Source: Octopus vulgaris (taxonomy: Eukaryota). Taken from it: a stretch of 64,000 bases of DNA. Within the stretch, counting starts at the first letter, position 1; the number at the start of each line of letters is the position of its first letter. Below the pieces are notes generated by a model. It searched no databases, was not told where the DNA came from, and saw only the letters and a program-made list of their open reading frames with translations. A program made the translations under genes and the position numbers. The stretch lies in contig OX597830.1 of NCBI GenBank assembly GCA_951406725.2, positions 2,356,001 through 2,420,000 on the forward strand. The letters run 5' to 3'. Below are positions 25,725 through 38,594 of the stretch, in pieces.

Positions 25725-25924
25725 AATCCAAACATGAACAAAAAGAAAACATAACAACGTGAGGACGTGGAACAAGTATAGTGTTATTGGACGCTCAGGA
25801 AAGGAAAGAAAGAAGGAGATTAAATATTTTGAGCGGAGCTCTTCGTCACATACAAAGAAAAAGTAAAGGTCCAAGGAAGGGAAGACAGAGAAAGAAAATC
25901 GCCAACGAGACACACGTGGTCATA

Positions 25925-25925
<1 letters not shown>
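25725..25925 (-). mobile_element. Probable PLE pLTR end with decayed hammerhead
   Basis: Minus strand gTGACGA-a-gagc(tcc)gctc-aAAA-tattt at ~25820-25855; lies between (TA)n tracts. Confidence 0.5.
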
Positions 25926-25980
<55 letters not shown>

Positions 25981-25981
<1 letters not shown>

Positions 25982-26945
25982 ATTATTACAAATTTGGGAT
26001 TTTACCAAAAGCACTGCAACTCCTATTTCAGGATAACCTTATTGTATGGAATACACATAGAAATTTATATCCAATGAAATAATATAAGCAGTTAAAAAAA
26101 CCTACTATAAAATACAATAAAATTATTTGAAAAAATATTTTGAAAACCTATTTGAAAAAATCTATATAACTTACCTGTTATTAGTCTGTGTTGAAAGAAG
26201 ATATTTTTAATCAATGCTACACGTGTTTCTGCACTGGTGGGGTGTTTATAAAGGCTATAGCTAATACATAAATCCAACAATGCGTCCTCAGGCTATTTAT
26301 CGTATTGTTATTATTATTAATGTATCAAGGTTAAAAATACATATTATAAGTCATCTTAAATAGGAAAATATTAATAAAAATATATAAATTACAAATATAT
26401 TTTTAGAAATTAGAAAATTACACAAATTGAAATTTTTTTTAATTTAAAAAATTAAAAAATTAAACACCTAAAATTACAATACTGATTATATATATAAAAT
26501 TCTAAACCTAAGGAAACCCTCAATGACTATATCATAAACACATCAAATCCTACAACCTATCTATATAAACATTACGGGAATTAATAATTTAGTGTTACCC
26601 CTATCTATACAAGTATAAATTACCATTTTTTATGTCAAACGTAAGTTAATGGTATTAAAAAATATTGTTAGTAAAAACCACTTTTTTGTTATAAATTTAT
26701 AGAATAAAACTAGTAAAAAATTTAGTAAAAAGATGAAGAAAGGAAGAATATTTATCGACATAATGTTTACTCCTTCTCGTTCCTGTGTAAATGGCTGCTC
26801 CTTCTATCATGCGTTAAGGTTATCCTGAAATAGAAGTTGCAATTCTATCGGCAGAATCCCAAATTTGTAATAGTAAAGTGTAAAATAGCAAATGTCCTGA
26901 TAACCTGGGATACTTATAATTCCCTAAGATTTTAAAAATATTCCT
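25981..26945 (-). mobile_element. Non-coding PLE-derived element with hammerhead and short inverted terminal segment
   Basis: Hammerhead at 26213-26297. 25981-26042 is an imperfect reverse complement of ~26815-26875. Microsatellite flanks. Confidence 0.6.
26213..26297 (-). ncRNA. Type I hammerhead ribozyme motif with long stem II
   Basis: Minus strand aatagc-CTGAGGA-cgcattg...cagtgca-GAAA-cacgtg-TA-gcatt. Palindromic stem III ACACGTGT; first stem II pair mismatched. Confidence 0.75.
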
Positions 26946-29789
26946 ATATATGTGTGTGTGTGCGTGTGTGTGTTTGTGCGTGCATGTGTGTGTGAGTGTG
27001 CGTGTATATACATATACATACATATATGCATGTATATATGTGTGTGTATCTATATACATACATATATGCACACATAAACGCTTGCATGGACGGATATGAC
27101 ACTAATGTCTCTTCTAGTATTAGAAATTAAGATATACACATCAATCGAGTAGGATGCAGATGTGGTGGAAGGATTGGGGGTGAAAGGAATTCTAAAACTT
27201 ACTGTGTTTTGGATTAACGTGGAAATGAGGTTTTTCTTGATAGAATACATTGGAACATTGAAGCATCATAAAGCTATAATAAGTGTACGAATCTGATAGG
27301 GCAATATTTTGGATAAACTCATAAATTAACTGATCCTTCTATATTTTCTTTTACTCAAAATCAGCAACTTTTCAGAACCCCCTCATGTACGAAACAAAAA
27401 GAAAAGACAAAGAATTAATGTAGAACTAGAGGTATCTGAGCCATCATCAACATCGTTGTCATCATCTTCATCATCATCATCTTTCTCATCATCACCATCA
27501 TCTTCATCAACATTGCATCTTCTATGGCCTGAAGCTTGCACACTCACTCTGATTTCTTCAACAGTTGTGCTTCTGTCCTGATCTCAATCGTGATTTCAGG
27601 ACAAACATCAGTCATCCCTCTGCCATTGGTCAGCTGCCAAATAATGGCTTCCCTGTGGGGTTTTGTCAAACCGTGCCTGCAATGGTATCCAGTGAACTGT
27701 AGCCTTCATCTTGCTATGTTGTTTGTGAGTGAAATGTCACTTCTGATTTGTGTGAGGGGTGATGCAGGGCATAGTCGTACCTTTTATAAACAACTGCTTA
27801 TGGTAATCCATTCATCTTGAAGAATTCTTCAAAAAAGTCTTGCATATCAGGTAAGATATCTTTTAAGAACTGGCATCAATTCATAAAATTACAGGATAAT
27901 CTGATTCATTCTAACAAGTCCAGACAGAATTAAGGGCTTTTATAGATTTGTTCCTATGTATGAAGTGGATAAAAGTGAAATTTGCACCTGTCTAGTTTGC
28001 TAGACAATTCCAAACAACGCTCCTAAATATCTGGTCATAGTGATAGCTGCATGTTTAAGGAGTTTACTTCACAAATTTGTTTTTTTATATTGGATCACAC
28101 TCAGAGTGCCTTGTTAAATTTCACTGATCGTACCCTGGGTACCTGTTTCCTACCACAGCCTTAGGTTCAATAAATTACTGTCAATAAAATTTGGTTGATA
28201 GGTAATGAGTAAAATCTGCAGAAAAACAATCATTCTTGCTCTTAATCTGTTGCTGGATTAAACACCAAAACCCATCTCTTGACTGCCTGTAGCAGAGTCC
28301 ACTTTATGGTAAGTATTTGGATTGGGTCAACCATGGGGGTAACTTCTCCCCATGCTTTTTTGGGTCAACCATGAGGATAACTTCCCCCCATGCTTTCTAA
28401 CACATTGCTCAGAATACCTGAAAGGAGTAATTTGAGCTGTTCCCCTTCTTTTGATTAAATCATTAATCAGTTATCGATCCACCACACTTCCTCTCAGTGA
28501 ATAATGTAAAATTAAGTGTATATCCACAATAAAACATCAGGAAGACCTCTGAGTTGGTAGTTCACTATCCTATATTCACTCAAAACCTCACATCGATAAA
28601 ATCCATTCTGCAATGTCAAACTAGGAATACAAAAAAAAAATTACTTTTAAATAAAACAATACAAAAAGTCTACAAAGACACTTTTATATTTATTCATCTG
28701 TAGGGTGACCTAAACCATATCAATTTTTCCTTGCAGCACCAAATACAAAATAGGTTTGAAGTCTTAGAGGCTCTTCTATTTACGACAAACGAATGTTTGA
28801 TAAGTTCCTTCTTTTGACCTAATCCCATAAACATTTTACAGAACTATAGAAAAATATTCCATCAAAAATTAAAGGGAATAGCGGCAGGTTTTATCCTTAT
28901 ATACACTTATGTATATACATGTGTGTGGATGTGAGTGTGTGTGTATAGTTATAGATATTGTCAAGGCTTTATAATAGCTGGATACCTTATAACATGAACC
29001 ACACCCATTCCTCTATAACCATATTGCCTTGGCATCAATCAGTCTAACCCTGCTTTTGAGTCTACAGATGAAAAAAACAAACAAATGAGGAAGTAAAAAA
29101 GAAAATCTGGTTTTACCATTATCGCCATTCGAAAAAACTTATAGAAATATATATAATAAATAAATAGCAAAAATGGGAGGAAAAAAGAAATTTTAAGTAG
29201 TAAAATATGAAAATGATCAATATATTTTTAGTAATGCTATCAACATAATATGATCTTAAACGATTAATACCACCTTCCCGATAGGAATTCATTGTTCCTT
29301 GCTCTTTAAAAATTCCCTTCTTTCTCCTTACTTTTTTTATATCTTTTGTTTTTTTCTTTTACCAAGTTGTTTTTCTTCCATTATAGAATTTCTCTTTAAA
29401 GCTTTAAGCAATTCACTCTTTCATTTATTTATTTATTTATTTATTTTTTCATCCGTTGATCTGTCTTATGTTCTTTCCTTCTTCCTTTCTTCCACTCTTT
29501 CTTTCTTTCTTTCTTTGTCCTTCATTATTTTTGTTTCATTTCAATGCATTTATACACTTTTAAAAATGAAGTAGATTTTAATTTTTACACTTGTCGTATT
29601 GATGAAATATTTCATCCTTATGTAGTATAAAAAAAAACAAAATGAATAAAAACAACCCTCCAATTATTATTAATAATAACAACAACAATAATAATAATAA
29701 TAATAATAATAATACATAAGTTATAAAAACAACAATAATAATAAATGATAAATAATATAATACAAAATAAATAACAAAATATGGTAATA

Positions 29790-30095
29790 ACAATGAAACA
29801 ATGATAATTAGTAGTATTAGTAGTAGTAGTAGTAGTAGTAGCAGCAGCAGCAGAAGCAGCAGCAGCAACAGTGGTGGTGGTGGTGGTGGTGGTGGTGGTG
29901 GTAGTCATAGTAGTAGTAGTAGTAGTAGCAGTAGCAGCAGCAGCAGCAGAAGCAGCAGTGGTGGTGGTGGTGGTGGTGGTAGTTGTAGCAGTAGTAGTAG
30001 TAGTAGCAGCAGAAGCAACAGTGGTGGTGGTGGTGGTGGTGGTAGTAGTAGTAGTAGTAGATGTTAAAATAACGACAACAACAACAATAATAATT
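29790..30095. repeat. Higher-order compound microsatellite [(AGT)n(AGC)n(GGT)n] x3
   Basis: Block order repeated three times, each with the interruption agcagaagca. Confidence 0.9.
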
Positions 30096-30929
30096 ATATG
30101 AGCAACTCATTGTTGTAATTGTAGAAGAAGTGTAAAAGAAATATTCAAATTTAAAGTTGCTTTATTGCTGATAATTTTTTCTATTGTTTCTCCCTATTAT
30201 TTGTTGTTTTTTTTCCCTCCTCCTCCTTTTTCTTCTATATATTGTTATATTTCAACATTTCTTTTTGCTTTTTGTTTTTTTTTTCATCTTGAATATTAAA
30301 TGTTGTTTTGCAATGGACTTCATTTTTAGAATCATTATTTCAATTCTTAGACACAATGAAATTATGCAGCCTCATTTGTTAAGAATTAAACTCGTTATTT
30401 CCAACAACATTCAGTTGTTCAACGAAAGACGAATGAAAAGATAAATAAAAAATAGAAATATCAACAAAAAGACAAAAAAAAATTATCATTTCCAAAGACT
30501 GATCAATATCTTTTAACAAGTGGTAAAATAATATTTCTGTTAGTAACAGACAAACTCAGGATTATTTAGAACATAATGCCAACATTCACGACATTTTTGC
30601 GCTTGATAATATCACCATTGTGATTATTCTATAAGCCACACTAATGAATTCTTTATTTGTTGGACATTAATGAAGATAATTTGATGGTGAAGTCCAGTTT
30701 CTGTACTCATAAAATCATGATTCAATAATATAGATTAACATCTAATCTCTGTTAAATATTGCCTGTAGAATCATCCAGAGACGATGGTAAGAAGTCTGTT
30801 AGACTTCTACTAATTCTATCCTAGTTTCAGGTGAAAAGCCTTACATGGAATTTGATACAAAATGACAGTTTTGCCTTCTTGCATATTCTAAAAACTGCCC
30901 AGAAAGGTGGTGGCTGCCTGGTTCTCCAT

Positions 30930-31180
30930 TGGGGAAATTAATGTGCAACTGGCTGAATACTCCATAGACATGCATACCCTTAACGTAGTTCTCAAGGAGA
31001 TTCAGCATGACACAGACTGCGACAGGACTGGCCCAGTGAATTACAGGTACAACTCCTTTTTACCGGATGAGTGGATTGGAGAAATGAGAAATAAAGGGTC
31101 TTGCTCAAGAACACAACATACTGCCAGGAATTGAACTCATGATCTTACATTCACATGCCAAATGCCCAAACCACAAAGCT
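30930..31180 (-). mobile_element. Decayed tRNA-derived SINE with CORE-like central segment
   Basis: Minus strand head tgtggtttggg..gagttcaattcc followed by gtgttcttgagcaagaccctttatttc. Confidence 0.7.
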
Positions 31181-31717
31181 GTGTTTATGAATGACCAGAG
31201 CAAGTTACAAAGTTCTCTACTTGCAGATAAGTTATAGTCTTCAACCTGTGGCATTTGAAAGGCTTTGAGGAATTAAACTACTTAAGATGAAGGTAGCCAC
31301 CTCTTTGATGTCTTGTCTGAGTGAAGTTTCATGCAGAGTTTATAAGGATGGATGATGCATCCAGCATCTCACCTCATCATTGTTCAAGAGAATGCCGCCA
31401 AGTGGTTTGGTTTGCTTCTGTTGAAAAAGCAAAAGCAAAAACAGAAAAACATTCTTTCTTGTATACGAAATGTCATATAAAAATTTATGATACCATATGT
31501 CGCTGCTGTCACAGGCCATGTCATAAGTCCAATACATGTAATAGCAGTAAATAGATGCTTCACAAGTCATGCTATCACAGTGCCACTTGGTGAACACATG
31601 TCCTGCTTTGCCAGTTTGCAGCAGTTAGAAGATACATCAGAAGTCCTGCTGTCAAAATACTGACGTTTTATTTTGTTTGTCCAAAAAAGTGTTCAATACA
31701 AAGATAATGCATTTATA

Positions 31718-31873
31718 TTGGCGTTGGCGTTAGGAAGGGCATCCAGCTGTAGAAACTCTGCCAGATCAAGATTGAAACCTGGTGCAGCCATCTGGTTCGC
31801 CAGGCCTCAGTCAAATCGTCCAACCCATGCTAGCAGGGAAAGCAGATGTTAAACGATGATGATGATAATGATG
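31718..31873 (+). mobile_element. Short RTE 3'-tail copy with (GAT)n
   Basis: ttggcgttaggaagggcatccagctgtagaaac...ccaacccatgctagca...ttaaacgatgatgat, as at 14613-14764. Other copies at ~11200-11365 (decayed), 42985-43170 (-), 58562-58800 (-) and 59903-59965 (-). Confidence 0.85.
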
Positions 31874-34070
31874 AGATTTGTCTATACATACAGTGTTTGC
31901 TAAAATCTATAGATTTGTTTTATAGTCCAGCGTAGCATTGAAGCAATACATCATAACAAATCTTTAAACATCGTTTTCCTTTCAATGTCCACTTGTTCTT
32001 GCATGCATGGGTCAGATGAATGCTTTGAGGCAGATTTTCTATGGCTAGAAACCCTTACAGTTGCAAACCATCATCTGTTTCGAAACAATGACATGTCCTT
32101 CAACTTCCAGAAAATTATTAGCATCACCAATTCTCATTTTCCAATCAGTGATTAATCAAATGCTTTCTATTAACAAAAGAAATTAAAGGATATCAATGTT
32201 GATGGAGGAAGCAGTTGTGAAATAGACCCCATTATATGCCTGGTACTTTTTCTATCAGTCTTGGAATGTTTGAAGGCAAAATCAACATTGACAAGATGTG
32301 AACTCGGAACTCTAAAGGCATGTAATTAAACGTTGCAAGACAATGAGAAAATCTTGCCCACAGCACAAGTAATTCTACCCTCATCTCCTACATGGTCACT
32401 TATTAAAATATTATGGTAATATTAAAAGCACATGGTGAGAGGTTAATTGCCCAAACATTGATTTCTTGTGAAATGATCCTTCATTTCACAATACCACAAA
32501 TTGGCAGGATCATTAGAGCATTAAACTAAACACTTTACAACACCTACTACCACCCCGATTCTCACCACCCAAACTCTATTTTTTAAATTCAAATTTAGTG
32601 AGGGATCAACTTTCCATTATTCCATTCCATCTCTCTTACATTGTTCCTCCCTCTAATTACAACAACAACAATCTCTCATCCCCAAAACCCATAATTTGAT
32701 TTGCAATTTCAAAATAATGATCTTTTATAATGATTTTTAATTACTTTTTATTTTTTATCCAATTTAAATTTGGAACCAATGTAAGAATAACAGAAAATGC
32801 TAGAAATAGCTGCTAAATCTCTCAGATTACATTCCATCTTCATCATCATGCTCATCAGCAGCATTTCACATTCTCTTTCCATTCTGACATGAGATGGACA
32901 TGTGAAAAATCTAACAAGAGGGAGGAACCCTGCTTTAGTGAGTGGTGCCTGGGTCTCTACTCACATGATGTTTGTGGAACGGTTGGTGTTGTTAAGATGC
33001 TGTTGTCATTGGTGTGTTGGAAGTATTGTGGAATGTTGTGGAATGATGTAAATCTGTAATTTTAGGAAATGTGAAAGATTAAATTTCACTCTAATTTAAA
33101 TTTCTGCTCTTCACAGGTGTTGTTGATCTTTTCATATTTTAGTTTCATTCTGCAGGTGAAAATTTGAAGCAGGACGTCTAATTGTTTTTTAGAAGTGTAT
33201 CCCCATAGACAATTTTGTTTGGAATTAAAAATGTAGACAAAACATTAAAGAGAATTCTAAGAAAATGTGCCATGATTCTGTCTTCTCTATGCTTATTAAT
33301 GAACAAAATGGCTTTGTCCAAGAATTGAAGCTATTTCACTGCCTCTGTTTTGCTCCTTTTAAAAATGGTTTCAAATTTTTTAAGGAAGGACTGGTACTTC
33401 TTTTATCAACCCTGAAAGGATAAAAAGCTAATGTTGACCTCAGCAGAATTTGAACTTGGGACGTAAAGAAACATACCTGAACGTCATGAATCACCTTTTA
33501 GTTTAATTCTCTGGTCTCTCTATCACTTGCTTGCCATTTCCCTCCTTGAATAATAATAAAAAGAACAACCAAAGAAAAGTCAAAACACAAAAAATAAAAA
33601 AGAAGAAAGAAGCAAGAAATTATTCAAACAAAATAGAGAAAATGGTTTTGGAAACATCAATATAAGAATCGGGTGGAATCATTAGATGAAAAGGAAATTT
33701 CTGCAGAAAGATTGTCATTGTTTAACTGTCATTTATTAAGTTTATTTCAAAAACCCTTCCAGTTAATATGGCTTTTTAAAAGACTTCACTGTGTATGCAT
33801 TCCTGTTTGGTGCCATCGTTTCAAAAGAGATTCACAATATAACTGTCAACCGTACAAATAAATAACCTTTGTAAAAGTCCTTCACCTTCTTGTTCTGTCT
33901 TCCCCTGTGGCTTTTGACAAATTAAGTTCACTAGTAATTTTATTGTAGTACATCTTTCTGCTTTTGTGTTCGTAAATATCCATCAACAATGGAAGGTCTT
34001 ACAAGATTTTGCAGAACCTAATTTCAGTTACAGGTAAGGAAATAAAGACATATGAATAATATAAATAATA

Positions 34071-34107
<37 letters not shown>

Positions 34108-34789
34108 TAATAATAATAATGATAATAATGTATACAGTGAATTTATTCGTCCTAGGTGGTGCGAAGACACTCAACAAGAAATGGAAACAAAATTGAGAGA
34201 AGACAAACCCATAATGATGATGATGATGACAACAGCAACAACAACAATAATGAAAAAAATGTCCACAAACATGATCACGATGAGATGATGATAGGAATGA
34301 TGATGGTGATGATGATAGGAATGATGATGATGATGATGAAGACGACAACGATATTGATGATAGAATTACTTTCTTTTCACCAGGAACTCAGCCAATTTTG
34401 TATAAATGAAGGTGTGACAAATTTAATGATCCCATCTTATTATCGTCGCTATTTTGTCTAATGAGTTTCTATGTTTTTGTGTAGGTGTGTATGATTGTAA
34501 TAATTATTTATAACAAAACAGATAGAATATGGATGGCAATTCAAATTAATACACTCGTCAATGTTGTCTGGTGGTTGTAATTTGTGATGTGACATCGGTC
34601 ATCGCTTGTTACTAAAAGAATTCTGGTTCATGCACACATTCACATTCTTCTCTTGTACGCGCGCACACACATACACACATATACTCATACAGAGTTGTAA
34701 CACTGTTTGATTTTTCTTTTCAGCATTGAATGTTCACCATCACACTTCCATTACACACACACACACACACAAGCATTCACAGTTGTCTA

Positions 34790-35070
34790 AGGGTGATGAA
34801 TTATTCAAACCCCAAAGAATCCCTCTCAACACGTGGCTATGATGCCCCTCCACTACTTCTGCTCGTGATCAGAGATGCACATATCATCAACCACTAATTG
34901 ACATGCTGAACTGGTTAAGGTCAAACAACTGACAAGCAAATCTGTGGTATTGAGCAGAATATTTGGTGTAACCCATCTTTTATGCCAAGACAAAACAATG
35001 TACATGAGGACACTTCCAATTTGTTAAGATAAGAAGCCATGAGAGCCACTGCCTGGTACTGCATCAGGGC

Positions 35071-35074
<4 letters not shown>
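34790..35074. mobile_element. Probable short interspersed repeat abutting an (ATT)n tract
   Basis: Higher-GC block ending sharply at (ATT)n; family recognised only by general appearance. Confidence 0.4.
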
Positions 35075-35118
<44 letters not shown>

Positions 35119-35530
35119 GCTAATCCATGCTAATTTGATTAGCAGGAATGTTACTTTGAGTGACCACAATTCTACTCAAATCTAAGAATCATCCTTAGGG
35201 TTCTTGCAGAATATCAGAGAGTATTTTTCTGTGAGTCACCACACAGGCCTCCATTCCAATTCCTTTCAGTCTTTTAGGTAAAATGTTGGGTGTTGTGTCA
35301 GGTTTACCAATTACAACAGGAATAATTATGGTCTTCGTCATCCACAGTCTTGTCAGCAACCAAGATAGATTCTGAGAATTCTCAAATTTTTTCACCATCA
35401 ACTCTGTTACAATAGGGAATTGCAAAGTCTCTGATCTTACATAGTTTATTTTGTCCCCTTTAATCATATCTGGTCTTGTTGCTTTAATAGTGCAGTAAGT
35501 TTTAATAGTGCACAAGATTCCATAATTCTC
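35075..35530 (-). mobile_element. Old R4/Dong-type RLE fragment with (AAT)n tail
   Basis: Minus ORF TIKATRPDMI...RLWMTKTIIIPVVIG resembles the RLE C-terminus of families A and B; followed on the minus strand by (AAT)n. Confidence 0.75.
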
Positions 35531-35734
35531 AGGATGAAACTACAAACTCTAAACATTGCTTATTCATGCAATCACATATAATTCCTTTCTATTGCAGCAC
35601 CCTGCCATTTTGTAAAATGTGTGAAAGACTGGCTTAGAGCTGATGCTGTGACCCTGTTGGGTAAACGGACCCCATTATCTTCTGAACTGAATGCAAAAAA
35701 GAATCTATGGGACCATATATGAATATGGATATGT

Positions 35735-36078
35735 AAAAAGAAGTTTGCTTCCCAACCACATGGTTCCAGGTTCAGTCCCACTGTGTTGCACCTTGGGCAA
35801 GTATCTTCTGCTGTAGTCTCAGAAGGATCAAAGCTTTTTGAGTTAATTTGCTATACAGAAACTGAAAGAAGCCCTGTCATGTATATGTGTGTGTGTGTGT
35901 TTGTCCCCCATTACCACTTGACAACTGGTGATGGTCTTTTTACATCCCCACAACTAAGCAAGCTGGTAAAAGAAAACATAGAATTAGTAGCAGGCTTAAA
36001 AAGAAGGTCAATTTGTTCAACTAAAATTCTTCAAGGTGGTGCCCCAGCATGGCCACAGTCTAATGACCGAAACAAATA
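35735..36078 (+). mobile_element. tRNA-derived SINE with CORE-like segment and internal (TG)n
   Basis: B-box-like ggttcagtccc; CORE-like accttgggcaagt; tail gccccagcatggccacagtctaatgaccgaaac. Confidence 0.8.
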
Positions 36079-36897
36079 TATATACATATATAAAGGAAAT
36101 TATATGAAATAAAGAAAATTGCTTTTATAATGCTTCTTCAAATTTGGATTTAAAAGAAAATACATCACAAGTTTAGACAGAGGACACAACCCCAAATTGC
36201 TTTAAAGACTGCTCTGAAAGACTCCTCTACAGCATCGTGTGTTGGGGAAAAAGTGGGGAGTGTACTGAGTCCTGAATGGAATAACATTAGCATTTAAACT
36301 TTTGGAAGCTGTTCTTAGGTTATCTGCTTCTTTTCTACACCATCATTTACTTTATTTAAAATCTCCCGTTTTGTCAGTGTGTGCAAAATATTGACCAGAG
36401 TTATTAATTCCTAAATGCATTTACTTACAACAGATGCTGAATCCTGTCTAATGCAATTTTAAAGGAGTTAATGTAAGCAGATAAACAATTAAGCAAAGCT
36501 GTTGAATTTGTCAAATTTTAATGCCATTAACTACCACACTGAAATATTTCATTATTTAATTTTGTGTAAATGTCACACTGTTTAATAGGATTAAGGGAAA
36601 TATCTGCACACGAATATAATAGATATAATCATACCCCTGTTTAGATAGGGTGGAGGAGGATTTTTTGATGCACCACAACTACTCAGCTATTTTTTCCTCT
36701 AGAGTAAATATATTCTTCCTGGGCACAAATATGTGTTTAGATACATTATACACACAGAAACAAGAATAAAGAATATGAAGAGATGGGTTTATGTGAATTT
36801 TACCCTGATAATCTTTTAACAATCTAATATATGCAAAAGCAGCCATAAACTAAATCTTGAATTATATCAGAGTTTTATATAGAATACATAGAGATAT

Positions 36898-36931
<34 letters not shown>

Positions 36932-38060
36932 ATAAACATATCTGAATGTTGTAGATAGAATAGAGATACAAGGGTTTGTGTGTATGTGTGTAAAAGCATC
37001 ATATGAAAGCTACAAATTTATAGAGCATGTTAAATATTTATATTTTAGATATGAAAGTATTTTTATTATACGAGTGTGTTTGTGTATGTATACATACATA
37101 TGAAGATACACATGCAGACACATACATAGCACACGTGCGTGTGTGTGTGTGTGTGTGATTAACTTTGCATACTGAAATCTATTTTGTTTTTCTTTATGTT
37201 TTCAGTTCTATTGAGAGGCCATATTTGGTCTGAAGGCTTTAAGTCATAAATCATTCTCTTTTGTTTATTTTGTGTATCTCCTAAGTTGGAATCTAGAAAA
37301 TTTGCAATTTCCTTCTCTCTATATTAACACTGTCATAATGTCTCACTAAAAATTCTATTGAGAATTCTCCATCCACGGATTCTCAAATATGTAAGTAGGA
37401 AGTGATACCTTTATACAAGTAATTCCTCCAACATTCTTCTTTCACAAACCCTTCTCCCCATAAATATTTCCCTGCAGCATTCAACTAAAATTACTTTTCA
37501 CTTTTATGATACCAACACACCACAGGTTGCTCCTGCTATTTTAATACAAGCTTTTTCATTAAACTAATTTAAATTAAAGCCTTCAGCAAAATTTCAAAGT
37601 AATTCATATTTTTAATATCTGTTTAAATATGAGAAAGTTATTGTATATTCTTTATTATTTTTCATAAGTCAATTGAAATTTAGCAAAAACCAAATCAGTG
37701 TATTTCAGAAACATAATCCCAAAAAGATAAAGTTCCAGTTTTAAATTCGCATTGGGTTTCACAAACTAATGTGCTTTGTATATCTAAACTACTATACAAT
37801 CCAGTTTTACCTCCAATCAATTAACAACTATATATTGTGGGAATTTAGTAAGTTTCAAGCATTTATACAGCAAATATAGATGGCAAAATGTGGACAATAT
37901 ATGATAAAAATACTTTATTAGCTGTTGTAAAATTAGACAGTTCTTCCTATATCAATGGAAACTTTGATAAGGTGACAGACACAACCGAACTCGCAATTTT
38001 ACAACCAAAGTTCCTGAAAGTACAAATAAAAATCCAAGAATGTAAGGAAAGAAAAAGTAG

Positions 38061-38461
38061 GGAAATTTCGAACCTGGGTTCTCATTTCCGACATATTTTT
38101 CAATGTTATCATTACTATTATTATTATTATTATTATCATTATTCAGGTCACTGCTTGGAATCAAACTCAGAATCCTAGGGTTAGTATCCTGCGCTCTTAA
38201 CCAATATACCATATGCCTACGAGCATATGGCGTAGTGGTTAAGAGTGCAAGCTATTAACCCTAAGATTCGGAGTTTGATTCCAAGCAGTGACCTGAATAA
38301 TAATAATAATAATGATAGTAATGATAACATTGAAAAATATCTTAGGAATGAGAACTCAGGTTCAAAATTTCTCCAAGACATCTAATGGAGGCTAGAGGGT
38401 ATATCAGCCAAAACAAGATGAGGACAAATATCCATCAAATGTAAATAATGTAAATAATGTA
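38061..38461. mobile_element. Fold-back insertion of a tRNA-headed unit homologous to the 3' end of the Penelope at 45668-47119
   Basis: Arms 38061-38217 and 38223-38372 are inverted about the tRNA 5' end. A box TGGCGTAGTGG, B-box-like AGTTTGATTCC. Decayed hammerhead CTAATGGA-ggct..agcc-AAAA at 38382-38413. Tail matches 47060-47105. Confidence 0.88.
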
Positions 38462-38545
38462 CTTTTAACACATATTAAACGCAAATAAAAGTGAGTTTTT
38501 AAAAATTGCCCGATTTCACTGAAATATAGTTAATTGTGGAACACC

Positions 38546-38594
<49 letters not shown>

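Noticed and set aside
33980-34040. Possible host exon ending in CAG|GTAAGG
   Set aside because: Isolated donor-like site with no supported acceptor, reading frame or partner exon.
38530-38550. Mariner-like TIR end (minus strand CAGGGTGTTCCACAA)
   Set aside because: No matching second TIR or transposase remnant found nearby.
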